Shown here in pieces: positions 49,774 to 60,669 of a stretch of 64,000 bases of DNA. This DNA comes from an uncultured Prevotella sp. (GTDB lineage: Bacteria > Bacteroidota > Bacteroidia > Bacteroidales > Bacteroidaceae). The stretch is from the NCBI GenBank assembly GCA_945834405.1, contig CAMAHD010000002.1, positions 2,645-66,644 on the forward strand. The letters run 5' to 3'. The position numbers were made by a program, and so were the translations under genes. The notes beneath the pieces were generated by a model. That model saw only the letters and a list, made by a program, of their open reading frames with translations, did not search any database and was not told the origin of the DNA. Within the stretch, counting starts at the first letter, position 1, and the number at the start of each line of letters is the position of its first letter.

Positions 49774-50490
49774 ATGAAAGCAGTAAAAAGATTGGGCATC
49801 TTCGCCATCCTGATGGTGGCAGGTGCCATGACGGCAGGAGCAGAGGAAAAAGTAGAAACAACCGTATCGGCAGATGCCGTCAGCCAGTATATATGGCGTG
49901 GACAGGAGCTGGGAGGCATCAGCCTGCAACCTACATTGGAAGTCAGCTACGCAGGTTTCTCCGTGAATGCCTGGGGAAGTGTAGGTCTGGAGTCAACAGA
50001 CACCAAGGAGTTTGACATCACCGTAGGTTACTCTTTAGGAGGATTCAACATCGGAATTACCGACTACTGGTTTAACCAGGGAGGTGGCGACGAGTCAAAC
50101 CGTTACTTCATGTACCATTCTCACCGTACCAACCACGTGTTTGAAGCAAACATTGGTTATGACTGCGGCAAGGGTGCCATCCAATGGTATACCAACTTTG
50201 CAGGTAACGACGGATTGAACAAGAGTGGCAAAAGAGCATACTCGTCATACGTTGAGCTGACAGCTCCCTTTGCACTCGGCGGAGCTGACTGGACAGCTGC
50301 AATAGGTGCCGTTCCATACGCATCCACCTTCTATTCGACAAAGGGGTTTGCTGTGACCAACGTATCTCTGACAGCAAGCAAGGATATCCAGATAACTCCA
50401 TCTTTCTCACTGCCTGTTTTTGCTCAGGTGGCAGCCAACCCTGCCAGCCAGAAGGCATATTTTGTATTTGGTTTTACCTTGAAACCCTGA
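49774..50490 (+). CDS. Putative outer-membrane beta-barrel (TorF-like porin)
   Basis: Signal peptide, VSQYIWRG, LQPTL, EFDITVGY and terminal strand YFVFGFTL. Confidence 0.68.
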   Translation: MKAVKRLGIFAILMVAGAMTAGAEEKVETTVSADAVSQYIWRGQELGGISLQPTLEVSYAGFSVNAWGSVGLESTDTKEFDITVGYSLGGFNIGITDYWFNQGGGDESNRYFMYHSHRTNHVFEANIGYDCGKGAIQWYTNFAGNDGLNKSGKRAYSSYVELTAPFALGGADWTAAIGAVPYASTFYSTKGFAVTNVSLTASKDIQITPSFSLPVFAQVAANPASQKAYFVFGFTLKP

Positions 50491-50620
50491 GAGACAATGG
50501 GAGCTCGACTCTCATCAAAACTTCAAATAAGAGAAAAAACAATATTTATCAACAACGGCCTGTAACACAGCTCCTTCCCCTCTGTCGGAAGGAGTATGAC
50601 AGGCCAGAAACTTTAAAACA

Positions 50621-52810
50621 ATGGCAAATTTAAGATTTCAGGTTGTAGAGGAGGCATTCAAGAAAAAGCCCCTTGATGTAGTGACACCCAAGGAACGTCC
50701 CTACGAGTATTTCGGCAAGTATGTCTTCAACAGAGAGAAGATGTACAAATATCTGCCCAAGGATGTTTATGAAAAGCTGGTTGATGTCATCGACAACGGT
50801 GCACGTCTTGACCGCTCCATCGCTGACGCAGTGGCTGCCGGAATCAAGCAATGGGCTGTAGAAAACGGCGTTACACACTATACTCACTGGTTCCAGCCCC
50901 TCACCGAAGGCACAGCCGAGAAGCATGACTCTTTCATCGAGCACGACTTCAAGGGAGGTATGGTTGAGGAGTTCTCTGGCAAACTGCTCGTTCAGCAGGA
51001 GCCTGACGCATCTTCCTTCCCCTCCGGAGGAATCCGCAACACCTTCGAGGCTCGCGGTTACTCAGCCTGGGATCCTACGTCTCCCGTCTTTATCATCGAC
51101 GACACACTCTGTATACCTACTATCTTCATCTCATATACCGGAGAGGCTCTCGACTACAAGGCTCCGCTGCTGCGCACACTGCATGCAGTGAACGTTGCCG
51201 CCACCGAGGTATGCAAGTATTTCTATAGCGACGTGAAGAAAGTACAGAGCAATCTGGGATGGGAACAGGAGTACTTCCTCGTAGACGAAGGTTTGTATTC
51301 TACCCGCCCCGACCTGTTGCTCACCGGTCGTACACTGATGGGACATGACTCTGCCAAGAACCAGCAGATGGAAGACCACTATTTCGGTACTATCCCTGAC
51401 CGCGTACAGGCTTTCATGAAAGATTTGGAGATACGCGCTCTTGAGCTGGGCATCCCTTGCAAGACCCGCCACAACGAGGTTGCACCCAACCAGTTTGAGT
51501 TGGCTCCTATCTTTGAAGAAACCAATCTGGCTGTAGACCATAACATGCTGCTGATGTCGCTGATGAAGAAGGTAGCTCGCAAACACGGTTTCCGCGCCTT
51601 GCTGCACGAAAAACCCTTTGCAGGCATCAACGGTTCGGGAAAGCACAACAACTGGAGTCTTTCTACAGACACGGGTGTACTGCTTCACGCTCCGGGCAAG
51701 ACACCGGAAGACAACCTCCGTTTTGTCACCTTCATCGTAGAGACACTGATGGGTGTCTACCGACATAACGGCTTGCTCAAGGCTTCCATCATGAGCGCTA
51801 CCAATGCACATCGTCTGGGTGCCAACGAGGCTCCCCCTGCCATCATCTCTTCTTTCCTTGGCAAACAGCTCAGCGAGCTGCTCGACCATATTGAGCAGTC
51901 AGACACCGACGAGCTCTTCGCCATGGCAGGCAAGCAGGGCATGAAGATGGACATCCCAGAGATTCCCGAACTGCTCATCGACAACACAGACCGCAACCGC
52001 ACATCTCCCTTCGCCTTTACCGGCAACCGATTTGAGTTCCGTGCCGTAGGTTCAGAGGCCAACTGTGCTTCAGCCATGACCGCCCTGAATGCTGCTGTTG
52101 CAGAGGCTCTCGTAGAGTTTAAGAGACGTGTCGATGCTGCCATCAGCAATGGCAAAGACCAGACAAAAGCTATCGTAGACGTGCTGCGTGAAGACATCAA
52201 GACCTGTAAGGCCATCCGCTTTGACGGAAACGGTTACAGCGACGACTGGGTTGAGGAAGCAACCAAACGCGGTTTGGACGTAGAGAAGAGCTGTCCTGTC
52301 ATCTTCGAGCGCTATCTGGACGAAAGCAGCATCAAGATGTTCGAGGCTCTCGGCATCATGTCGAAGAAAGAGCTGGAAGCTCGCAACGAGGTGAAATGGG
52401 AAACCTATACCAAGAAGATTCAGATAGAAGCCCGTGTCATGGGCGACCTTTCTATGAACCACATCATCCCTATCGCCACTCACTATCAGTCAATGCTGAT
52501 CAAGAATGTACAGAACATGCGCAGCATCTATCCTGCCGACAAGGCAGACAAGCTGTCAGAACGCAACTTCAAGCTGATTGAGGAGATTGCAGAACGCACA
52601 CAGACCATCGAGCGCGGTGTGGAGGAACTGATTAATGCGCGCAAAGTGGCAAACAAGATTGAGAATGAACATGACAAGGCTATTGCTTATCACGACACCG
52701 TGGCACCCAAGATGGAAGCCATACGCTATCAGATTGACAAACTGGAACTGATAGTAGAAGACGACCTCTGGACACTGCCCAAATACCGTGAACTGCTGTT
52801 CATCAGATAG
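50621..52810 (+). CDS. glnN: Glutamine synthetase type III
   Basis: THWFQPLT, EPDASSFPSGG, HNEVAPNQFE, NGSGKHNNWS and DRNRTSPFAFTGNRFEFRA motifs. Confidence 0.95.
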   Translation: MANLRFQVVEEAFKKKPLDVVTPKERPYEYFGKYVFNREKMYKYLPKDVYEKLVDVIDNGARLDRSIADAVAAGIKQWAVENGVTHYTHWFQPLTEGTAEKHDSFIEHDFKGGMVEEFSGKLLVQQEPDASSFPSGGIRNTFEARGYSAWDPTSPVFIIDDTLCIPTIFISYTGEALDYKAPLLRTLHAVNVAATEVCKYFYSDVKKVQSNLGWEQEYFLVDEGLYSTRPDLLLTGRTLMGHDSAKNQQMEDHYFGTIPDRVQAFMKDLEIRALELGIPCKTRHNEVAPNQFELAPIFEETNLAVDHNMLLMSLMKKVARKHGFRALLHEKPFAGINGSGKHNNWSLSTDTGVLLHAPGKTPEDNLRFVTFIVETLMGVYRHNGLLKASIMSATNAHRLGANEAPPAIISSFLGKQLSELLDHIEQSDTDELFAMAGKQGMKMDIPEIPELLIDNTDRNRTSPFAFTGNRFEFRAVGSEANCASAMTALNAAVAEALVEFKRRVDAAISNGKDQTKAIVDVLREDIKTCKAIRFDGNGYSDDWVEEATKRGLDVEKSCPVIFERYLDESSIKMFEALGIMSKKELEARNEVKWETYTKKIQIEARVMGDLSMNHIIPIATHYQSMLIKNVQNMRSIYPADKADKLSERNFKLIEEIAERTQTIERGVEELINARKVANKIENEHDKAIAYHDTVAPKMEAIRYQIDKLELIVEDDLWTLPKYRELLFIR

Positions 52811-53055
52811 GTCAAGTAAAAATCTTTTCAGACAATCTATTTCTTTTTTTGGTTGTTTGAAGTTTGCGACGGGGAATGGCTGTGAAGTTATTCCTCGTTT
52901 TCTTATGTAATGCTCAAAAAACAACGTCGGCCATCTTGCTTCAGTTTTTTTGGAACATTACAACATACGTTTTTCACATAAAAATGTTGACACAAATTCT
53001 TGCACGTATGAAGTTTATCCTGTATATTTGCAATCCAAACAAAAGAAGAACCAAC

Positions 53056-53754
53056 ATGTTCAGAATAATTCTTACTATCTTCATAGCTGCATTTGCATGT
53101 TCCTCGAAGGCACAAGTGCAGGTACCAGGATGCAGCGAAGTCCTGCTGGAAACAACTGCCGGCAACATCCGGCTGCAGCTATATGACGAAACGCCTCTGC
53201 ATCGGGACAACTTCCTCAAACTGGTAGCTTCACATTTTTATGATTCCTTGCTCTTCCATCGGGTGATAAAGGATTTCATGGTTCAATGCGGTGACAGTAC
53301 CAGCCGCCATGCTCCTGCCGGCACATTGCTGGGAGAAGGTGACCCCGGATACAGGATTCCCGCGGAAATACGTCTGCCTCAGCTCTTCCACAGAAGAGGC
53401 GTATTGGCAGCAGCCAGAGAACCGGATGATGTCAATCCCAAATATGAGTCAAGTGCCTCACATTTCTACATCGTATGGGGACGAGTGTTCAACGACTCTA
53501 CAATAGCCCGCATGCAGGCACGGTTAGACACCATCTATGGTGCTCCCGTCCGTCTTACTCCTGAGATGACAGAAACTTACAAAACCATTGGCGGCACTCC
53601 ACATCTTGACGGAGGATATACCGTTTTTGGCGAAGTGACGGAGGGAATGGAGGTAGTAGACCGTATACAACAGTCACCTACCGACAAGAATAACCGTCCG
53701 CTGCAGGATGTACGTATTCTGCGTGCCACCATCACCCATAAGGGACAGGAATAG
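53056..53754 (+). CDS. Cyclophilin-type peptidyl-prolyl isomerase (start moved to MFRIIL)
   Basis: LYDETPLHRDNF, FHRVIKDFMVQ and HLDGGYTVFGEV motifs. Signal peptide. TATATTTG promoter box at 53023. Confidence 0.92.
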   Translation: MFRIILTIFIAAFACSSKAQVQVPGCSEVLLETTAGNIRLQLYDETPLHRDNFLKLVASHFYDSLLFHRVIKDFMVQCGDSTSRHAPAGTLLGEGDPGYRIPAEIRLPQLFHRRGVLAAAREPDDVNPKYESSASHFYIVWGRVFNDSTIARMQARLDTIYGAPVRLTPEMTETYKTIGGTPHLDGGYTVFGEVTEGMEVVDRIQQSPTDKNNRPLQDVRILRATITHKGQE

Positions 53755-53806
53755 CGCTGTTGCCTTGACCTGCCAAATGAGCAAAATGAATATAGTTTAG
53801 GCTATC

Positions 53807-55156
53807 ATGAGTTTCAAAGAAATCATCCGGATAAGAAAAGAGGAGAGACTGCCCGCCGCAGTTCTCATGGTGCTTGCTCTTGTGCTGAATACCATCTTTG
53901 TCCAAAGAGTCAACGAATACATCCTTTCTACCGACAGCGCCGATATGGATTTGGTGGAGTTGCTGCGATGTTTTCATATCTCTGGCTATGACCCTTATGC
54001 TCTGTTCTCTTTCTGTCAATGGGATGTCATCTATAATGCCTATCGCCATCCCTTGCTGGCATTTCTGCTTTATCCTTTCTTTATCCTCAACAGTGCGACA
54101 GAGCATCTTACAGGACTGAATATAGCTGCCTTCTTAGCTGCTTTATTACTGATAATCAACGCGCTCTATGCGCTGCTTTTCTTCCACCGCATACTGCGCG
54201 ACATCATCGGCATCAGCCTCATCGACAGTCATATCCTGTCTGCCTTTTTCTTCTCCATGGCATATATACTGCAAATGCTGTTTGTGCCTGACCATTTTGC
54301 CTTTTCCATGACTCTTCTGTTGCTGACAGCATGGATGGCAGGAAAGAAAATGAAAGAGAAAGACGGCAGGTGGAGCAAGATATGGCTGTTCGTTTTGGTA
54401 AGTGGCATCACACTGAGCAATGGCATCAAAGTAGCATTGGCAGCTCTTTATGTCAAGGGAAGGAAGGTATTCCAACCTAAGTACCTGCTGCTGGCATTCG
54501 TGTTGCCGACAGTAGTTCTATGGGCACTTGCCGACTTTCAGTTTCATACCTTCTCCATACCAAGGGCAGAGAAAATGGCCCAAAAGGCAGCTGTAGAAAA
54601 GGCGAGGATGGAGACTCTGAAACTCAAGAAGAAAGGCATTGACCGAAAGGTGGCTCCTGAGAAACCTAAGGAGGTGAAGAAGAAAGTGGATTTTCTCAGC
54701 TGGATAGATACAGAAACCGACCGCGTGGAGAGTCTTGTTGAAAACGTCTTCGGCGAGTCCATCCAACTGCACCAACGTTATACATTGATGGATGGTTTAG
54801 GCAAAAGACCTCTCTTTGTCACCTACGACTGGATTCTGAACTATATAGCAGAAGCCATCATCATCGTTCTGTTTCTCTTAGGTATCTGGACAGGTTTCCA
54901 TTCTTCCTTCTTATGGTTGTTGTTATCCTGGACAGGCTGTGACGCCCTGCTGCATCTGGGCCTGGGTTTTGGTCTGAACGAAGTCTATATCATGGCTCCC
55001 CACTGGTTGTTCACGCTGCCTCTGACCATTGCTTTTCTGTTGACGAAGACTGGCTCTTACCGCTGGCTCACCCTCAGCCTACGTTCTCTGCTCAGCTTGC
55101 TGTCGCTGTTTCTTCTCATGCACAACGGCTGGTACCTCTTGAATTTCTTACTGTAG
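53807..55156 (+). CDS. DUF6080-like multi-pass membrane protein
   Basis: SGYDPY, YRHPLL, VPDHF, FGESIQLH and GFGLNEVYIM motifs. Many TM segments. Confidence 0.7.
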   Translation: MSFKEIIRIRKEERLPAAVLMVLALVLNTIFVQRVNEYILSTDSADMDLVELLRCFHISGYDPYALFSFCQWDVIYNAYRHPLLAFLLYPFFILNSATEHLTGLNIAAFLAALLLIINALYALLFFHRILRDIIGISLIDSHILSAFFFSMAYILQMLFVPDHFAFSMTLLLLTAWMAGKKMKEKDGRWSKIWLFVLVSGITLSNGIKVALAALYVKGRKVFQPKYLLLAFVLPTVVLWALADFQFHTFSIPRAEKMAQKAAVEKARMETLKLKKKGIDRKVAPEKPKEVKKKVDFLSWIDTETDRVESLVENVFGESIQLHQRYTLMDGLGKRPLFVTYDWILNYIAEAIIIVLFLLGIWTGFHSSFLWLLLSWTGCDALLHLGLGFGLNEVYIMAPHWLFTLPLTIAFLLTKTGSYRWLTLSLRSLLSLLSLFLLMHNGWYLLNFLL

Positions 55157-55298
55157 GGCTAAGTTTGACGTTTTTATCACCGTCACTTGACATTCCTTTT
55201 AGTTAAAACCATGTTAAAGCCTGTCCCACATCATCGCATTCTGGGTTCTTTTCCGTAGCTTTGTATGATAATTATGGTTTGCCTATGAATATGAATAT

Positions 55299-56024
55299 AT
55301 GATACCACACACGATACGAATTATTGCTTTGGATGCAGACGACACGCTGTGGGATTGCCAGAGTCATTTTGAAAGGGTAGAGAATATGCTGTTCCAACTA
55401 TTGGAACCGTGGTGTACTTTTGACGAGGCTAAAAAGGAACTGTTTGTCACAGAACATGACAACATGAGCTCACTGGGATATGGAAGCAAGGCTTTCACCC
55501 TCTCCGTCCTGCAGACAGCCCTTCGCGTGAGTCAAGGTACTATGCCGCAGAAACAGCTGAACCAGCTGCTGCAGGAAGGCTGTCTGCTGAACACGATGCC
55601 CGCTACTCCTCTCCCCGGTGTCACAGAGACCCTGAGATGGCTACAGCATGAATGGCGCTCCAAACACTCTGACAGAAGAATCATCGTCCTTACAAAAGGA
55701 GACCTGCTCGAACAGGAAAACAAATTGATTCGTTCGGGTCTGCTTCCTTTCTTTGACAACGTTTATATCCTTTCCAAGAAAGATGAGGATGCCTACCTCC
55801 GACTCTGCCGCGACGAGGGTATACAACCTGCGGAGTTGCTGGCTGTCGGCAATTCATTCAAGAGTGACATCGCGCCCGCTCTTAACGTTGGTGCCTCTGC
55901 CATACACATACCTTTCCATGTGGTTTGGCAACTGGAACAGAGCGAGGAGTTCGAACATAACCATCTGATAAAAATCGACTCTATCAGTGCCCTTCCACAT
56001 GCCATCAAAGAACTGGTCAATTGA
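55299..56024 (+). CDS. HAD family hydrolase
   Basis: LDADDTLW, TKGD and VGNSFKSDI motifs. Confidence 0.9.
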   Translation: MIPHTIRIIALDADDTLWDCQSHFERVENMLFQLLEPWCTFDEAKKELFVTEHDNMSSLGYGSKAFTLSVLQTALRVSQGTMPQKQLNQLLQEGCLLNTMPATPLPGVTETLRWLQHEWRSKHSDRRIIVLTKGDLLEQENKLIRSGLLPFFDNVYILSKKDEDAYLRLCRDEGIQPAELLAVGNSFKSDIAPALNVGASAIHIPFHVVWQLEQSEEFEHNHLIKIDSISALPHAIKELVN

Positions 56025-56130
56025 AGAAACGCGCATCACAAAACGCCCCAAGTTACTTTTTTATCCTCACTAATTGACTGTTTCTGATTTTTTTACTGTA
56101 ACTTTGCAGGCAAAATACAAATGGAATACA

Positions 56131-58197
56131 ATGGAAGAAAAAAATTTTAAACGTACTACCATCACCGCCGCACTGCCATACGCCAATGGCGGTGTGCATA
56201 TAGGTCATTTGGCTGGCGTATACGTACCAGCCGACATCTATGCCCGATACCTCAGGCTGAAGAAGAAAGAGGTAGTATTCATTGGCGGCAGCGATGAGCA
56301 CGGCGTTCCCGTCACCATCAGAGCACGCCAGGAAGGCATCACCACACAAGAGGTGGTGGACAGATACCACGAGATGATCAAAAAATCGTTCGAGGAATTC
56401 GGCATCTCATTTGATATTTACAGCCGCACCACCTCCAAAATACACCATCAGTTTGCCTCCGACTTCTTCCGCACGCTCTATGACAAGGGAGAGCTGGAAG
56501 AAATTACAGAGTCGCAATACTGCGATGAGGTGACCGGAGAGTTCCTGACCGACCGCAATATCGTAGGCACCTGTCCTCGCTGTGGAGCCGAAGGAGCTTA
56601 CGGTGACCAATGTGAGAAATGCGGTGCCACTCTCTCACCCGACGAGCTGATTAACCCCACCAACAAGAACAATCCGGGCCACGGCCTGGTGAAAAAGCCT
56701 ACCAAGAACTGGTATCTGCCTCTGGGCAAATATCAGGAATGGCTGAAACAATGGATTCTGGAAGGACATCAGGAATGGCGCACCAACGTCTATGGACAGT
56801 GCAAGTCATGGCTCGACATGGATTTGCAGCCAAGGGCAATGACACGCGACCTTGAATGGGGTATTCCCGTGCCTGTAGAAGGTGCGGAAGGCAAGGTGCT
56901 CTATGTTTGGTTTGACGCTCCTATCGGATACATATCCAATACCAAAGAACTATGCGACAACGACCCGGAACGCTGGGGCTCCTGGCAGAAATGGTGGCAG
57001 GATGAAGACACCCGTCTGGTTCATTTCATCGGAAAGGACAACATCGTCTTCCACTGTCTCATCTTCCCCGTCATGCTGAAAGCACACGGCAACTATATAC
57101 TGCCCGACAATGTGCCAGCCAACGAGTTCCTGAATCTGGAAAACGACAAGATATCCACCTCGCGCAACTGGGCTGTCTGGTTGCATGAATACTTGGTTGA
57201 TTTCCCCGGCAAGCAGGACGTATTGCGCTATGTACTTACAGCCAATGCCCCGGAAACCAAGGACAACAACTTTACTTGGAGAGATTTCCAGGACCGAAAC
57301 AACAACGAACTGGTAGCCGTCTATGGCAACTTCGTGAACAGAGCCTTGCAACTGACCAAGAAATACTGGAACGGAGTGGTTCCCGCCTGTGGCGAACTGA
57401 CAGACACAGACAAGGCAACTCTGGAAGAATTCAAGGATGTAAAGGTCAATGTGGAGCGACTCCTCAATGCCTTCAAGTTCAGAGAGGCACAGAAGGAAGC
57501 CATGAACCTGGCACGCATCGGCAACAAATACATTGCTGACACCGAACCATGGAAGGTAGCCAAGACTGACATGCAGAGAGTAGAGACCATCCTCAACATT
57601 TCACTCCAGTTGGTCGCCAATCTTGCCATTGCCTTTGAACCTTTCCTGCCCTTCAGCAGCAAGCGATTGCTGAACATGCTGAATGTGGACCATTACGACT
57701 GGGAACAGCTGGGCTGTACAGACCTCCTCGCTCCCGGTCACCAGCTGGCAGAACCCGAACTGCTGTTCGAAAAGATTGAAGACGAAACCATCCAGAAGCA
57801 GCTGGACAAGCTGGAGGCAACAAAAAAAGCCAACGAGGCTGCCTCTTACAAGGCAGAGCCCATCAAAGAGAATGTTGCTTTTGAGGATTTCGAAAAGCTG
57901 GACATCCGCGTGGGACATGTCAAGGACTGCCAAAAAGTAAAGAAGTCGAAGAAACTGCTACAGTTTACCATTGACGATGGCAGTGGCACAGACCGCACCA
58001 TTCTGAGCGGTATCGCCGCCTACTATGAACCCGAACAGCTCATCGGAAAAGACGTGCTCTTTATAGCCAACTTTGCTCCTCGCAAGATGATGGGCATTGA
58101 GAGTCAGGGAATGATTCTTTCCGCAGTCAACTTCGATGGTTCACTGACCGTTACTACCACCCTCAGCCAGGTGAAACCCGGCAGTCAGGTAGGCTAA
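56131..58197 (+). CDS. metG: Methionine--tRNA ligase (start moved to MEEKNF)
   Basis: [12 protein letters not shown], Zn knuckle, KISTS and a C-terminal tRNA-binding domain. TAACTTTG box at 56099. Confidence 0.97.
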   Translation: MEEKNFKRTTITAALPYANGGVHIGHLAGVYVPADIYARYLRLKKKEVVFIGGSDEHGVPVTIRARQEGITTQEVVDRYHEMIKKSFEEFGISFDIYSRTTSKIHHQFASDFFRTLYDKGELEEITESQYCDEVTGEFLTDRNIVGTCPRCGAEGAYGDQCEKCGATLSPDELINPTNKNNPGHGLVKKPTKNWYLPLGKYQEWLKQWILEGHQEWRTNVYGQCKSWLDMDLQPRAMTRDLEWGIPVPVEGAEGKVLYVWFDAPIGYISNTKELCDNDPERWGSWQKWWQDEDTRLVHFIGKDNIVFHCLIFPVMLKAHGNYILPDNVPANEFLNLENDKISTSRNWAVWLHEYLVDFPGKQDVLRYVLTANAPETKDNNFTWRDFQDRNNNELVAVYGNFVNRALQLTKKYWNGVVPACGELTDTDKATLEEFKDVKVNVERLLNAFKFREAQKEAMNLARIGNKYIADTEPWKVAKTDMQRVETILNISLQLVANLAIAFEPFLPFSSKRLLNMLNVDHYDWEQLGCTDLLAPGHQLAEPELLFEKIEDETIQKQLDKLEATKKANEAASYKAEPIKENVAFEDFEKLDIRVGHVKDCQKVKKSKKLLQFTIDDGSGTDRTILSGIAAYYEPEQLIGKDVLFIANFAPRKMMGIESQGMILSAVNFDGSLTVTTTLSQVKPGSQVG

Positions 58198-58213
58198 CAA
58201 TCGAATCTGACAG

Positions 58214-59665
58214 ATGGAATCGCTGAAAGAGAAAACAGCCAAGGGACTCTTCTACGGAGGACTCAGCGTAGGGTTCCAGCAGCTGGTTGGACTGGTAATG
58301 GGTATCGTACTGGGCAACCTGCTCTCGCCCGACGAGTATGGCATGATAGCCATGATTACCGTTTTCTCACTGATTGCCAACGAGCTTCAGAGCAGCGGTT
58401 TTAAAATAGCATTGACAAACCTTTCAGAACCAGAACACCGCGACTATAACGCAGTGTTCTGGTTTAATATTCTCATGGGGGGCTTCATCTACATCGTACT
58501 TTTTTTCTGCGCCCCCTTCATTGCCGACTATTACCATCGACAGGAGCTGATACCTCTTTGCCGCTACGCCTTTCTCGGGTTTGTCTTTGCCTCGTTCGGA
58601 CTGGTCCAATCGGCATATCTGTTCAAGAAACTCCAGGCACGCCAACAGGCACAGGCAGCCTCCATTGCAGTCATTGTCAGCAGTATAGTGGCAGTCACGA
58701 TGGCAGCTTTAGGATGCTCTTATTGGTCATTGGCGACACAAACCAACCTGTATATCGCCATCAACACCTCCCTGTTATGGTATTATTCTCCCTGGCGTCC
58801 CTCCTTCGACATTGACTTCCGCCCCATCCGTGGTATGTTTCGGTTCAGCTACAAGCTGCTGCTCTCAAGTATCATCAACGATATCAACAACAGTATGCTG
58901 AACATCCTGTTGGGACGCTACTTCTCAGCCCGTGCTGCAGGTCTGTTCAATCAGGCTTCACAATGGAACTACAAGTGCATCTATCTGCTGCAGGGCATGC
59001 TGGCTCAGGTGTCCCAACCAGTCATGGTGATGGCACGTGAAAGCAAGGAACGCCAACTGCATATCATCCGCAAACTGATACGCTTTACAGCCTTCCTGAG
59101 TTTCCCCTTGCTGTTCGGCTTTGCCCTGGTAGCCGTTGAATTCATCACCTATGCCCTGACTGACAAATGGCTGCAAAGTGCCCGCTTCATTCAGATACTC
59201 AGTATCAGTGGAGCCTTCATGCCATTGGTCACCGTATTCCAAAATGCCATCCTTTCTCACGGGAAGAGTGCCGTCTATATGGTCTGTACGATTACCCTCA
59301 GTTGCTGTCTCATTGGCATGGTATTGGCTTTCAGCGACTATGGAGTCAGAACACTGGTGATAGGGTTCACCATCCTGCAGCTGATATGGGTATTTGTATG
59401 GCATTTCTTCGTATGGCGCATCACAGGTTATACCCTGGGCATGTTCCTTTGGGACATCCTGCCCTTTGCCGTTACTGCCGCCAGCGTCATGCTGACCGTA
59501 CATTTCCTGACTCGCAGCATCGAATCAGAACCTCTGCTGCTCGCCACCCGCGTTCCGCTGGCTGCCATCCTCTATTACCTCGTGATGAAATGTGCCCGCG
59601 CCAAGGTTCTTGACGAGTGTACTACCTTCATATTACAACGCTTACATAAAAAGAAAAAACAATGA
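58214..59665 (+). CDS. Wzx/WzxC-type oligosaccharide flippase
   Basis: SLKEKTAKG, LLSPDEYG, VFWFN and about 12 TM helices. Confidence 0.88.
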   Translation: MESLKEKTAKGLFYGGLSVGFQQLVGLVMGIVLGNLLSPDEYGMIAMITVFSLIANELQSSGFKIALTNLSEPEHRDYNAVFWFNILMGGFIYIVLFFCAPFIADYYHRQELIPLCRYAFLGFVFASFGLVQSAYLFKKLQARQQAQAASIAVIVSSIVAVTMAALGCSYWSLATQTNLYIAINTSLLWYYSPWRPSFDIDFRPIRGMFRFSYKLLLSSIINDINNSMLNILLGRYFSARAAGLFNQASQWNYKCIYLLQGMLAQVSQPVMVMARESKERQLHIIRKLIRFTAFLSFPLLFGFALVAVEFITYALTDKWLQSARFIQILSISGAFMPLVTVFQNAILSHGKSAVYMVCTITLSCCLIGMVLAFSDYGVRTLVIGFTILQLIWVFVWHFFVWRITGYTLGMFLWDILPFAVTAASVMLTVHFLTRSIESEPLLLATRVPLAAILYYLVMKCARAKVLDECTTFILQRLHKKKKQ

Positions 59666-60471
59666 CTCACGACGAACTTACTCCCCAAGCACTTCAAAAA
59701 CGCTATAACCCCGAAGGCTCCCTGCTCAGACGCCATCAGTTGCGTATGCTGGATATCCTTATCGAACTAGACCGTATCTGCAACAAACATCATATCACGT
59801 ATTGGCTGTCCAGCGGTACGCTGCTGGGAGCTATTCGTCACCAAGGGTTCATCCCCTGGGACGATGACCTGGATGTGGAACTGCCATATTCGGAATACAA
59901 GAAACTGATGAAGATACTGCCTGCAGAACTGCCATCATGGCTCGCCCTGCAGAACCACGAGCAAGACAGCAACTATCTATACTGCTATGCCAAACTGCGC
60001 GACAAGAATTCACTTCTCGACGAGGGACTTCCCTACGACTGCCGCTGCAAGGAAAAGGGTATCTATATCGACATCTTCCCCATGGAAAAACATCCCATCT
60101 GGTTACATCGTCTCTCGGAACTGACTTTCGGACACCTATATAAAATACTCCGTCTTTCGCCCAACGACAACCATGCCTTCCGCAGTGCATTGCGACTGTA
60201 CAAGCTGAACACAAAATTCATTTATCCTTGTCTCCGCCTCTTCACCACCTGCTTCTACTGGGGATCCAACCGTACCTTTGGTATGGGTATACCCCTCCGT
60301 TCCAAACGCAACTTCAAACATGTATACCCCCTGAAAAAGGCAATATTTGAGGGACACGAATTCCCCGTACCGCATGACAGCGATGCCATGCTGCGCGGCA
60401 TTTATGGAGACTACATGAAACTGCCAGACCTGAACAAACTTCAACTTCACGTTGTCAGTTTGCAGATGTAG
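59662..60471 (+). CDS. LicD family phosphotransferase
   Basis: GTLLGAIRHQGFIPWDDDLD, IDIFP and YGDYMKLP motifs. Confidence 0.92.
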   Translation: MTHDELTPQALQKRYNPEGSLLRRHQLRMLDILIELDRICNKHHITYWLSSGTLLGAIRHQGFIPWDDDLDVELPYSEYKKLMKILPAELPSWLALQNHEQDSNYLYCYAKLRDKNSLLDEGLPYDCRCKEKGIYIDIFPMEKHPIWLHRLSELTFGHLYKILRLSPNDNHAFRSALRLYKLNTKFIYPCLRLFTTCFYWGSNRTFGMGIPLRSKRNFKHVYPLKKAIFEGHEFPVPHDSDAMLRGIYGDYMKLPDLNKLQLHVVSLQM

Positions 60472-60669
60472 CTTTCATTTCGTAATAATTTAATTCATTT
60501 TTCAATCATTCCGAAAGTTTTTTACCAAGAATCAGTTACTATATGTAAGCAGGGAAGAAAAAGTTGATTTATTAAGCAGCGAACACATACCATTTTGTTA
60601 GCAAAATGATTAATTTTGCAGCCATATTGTAAGTAAACAAAGGAATAGTCAAACTTAATGCAACTAAAT

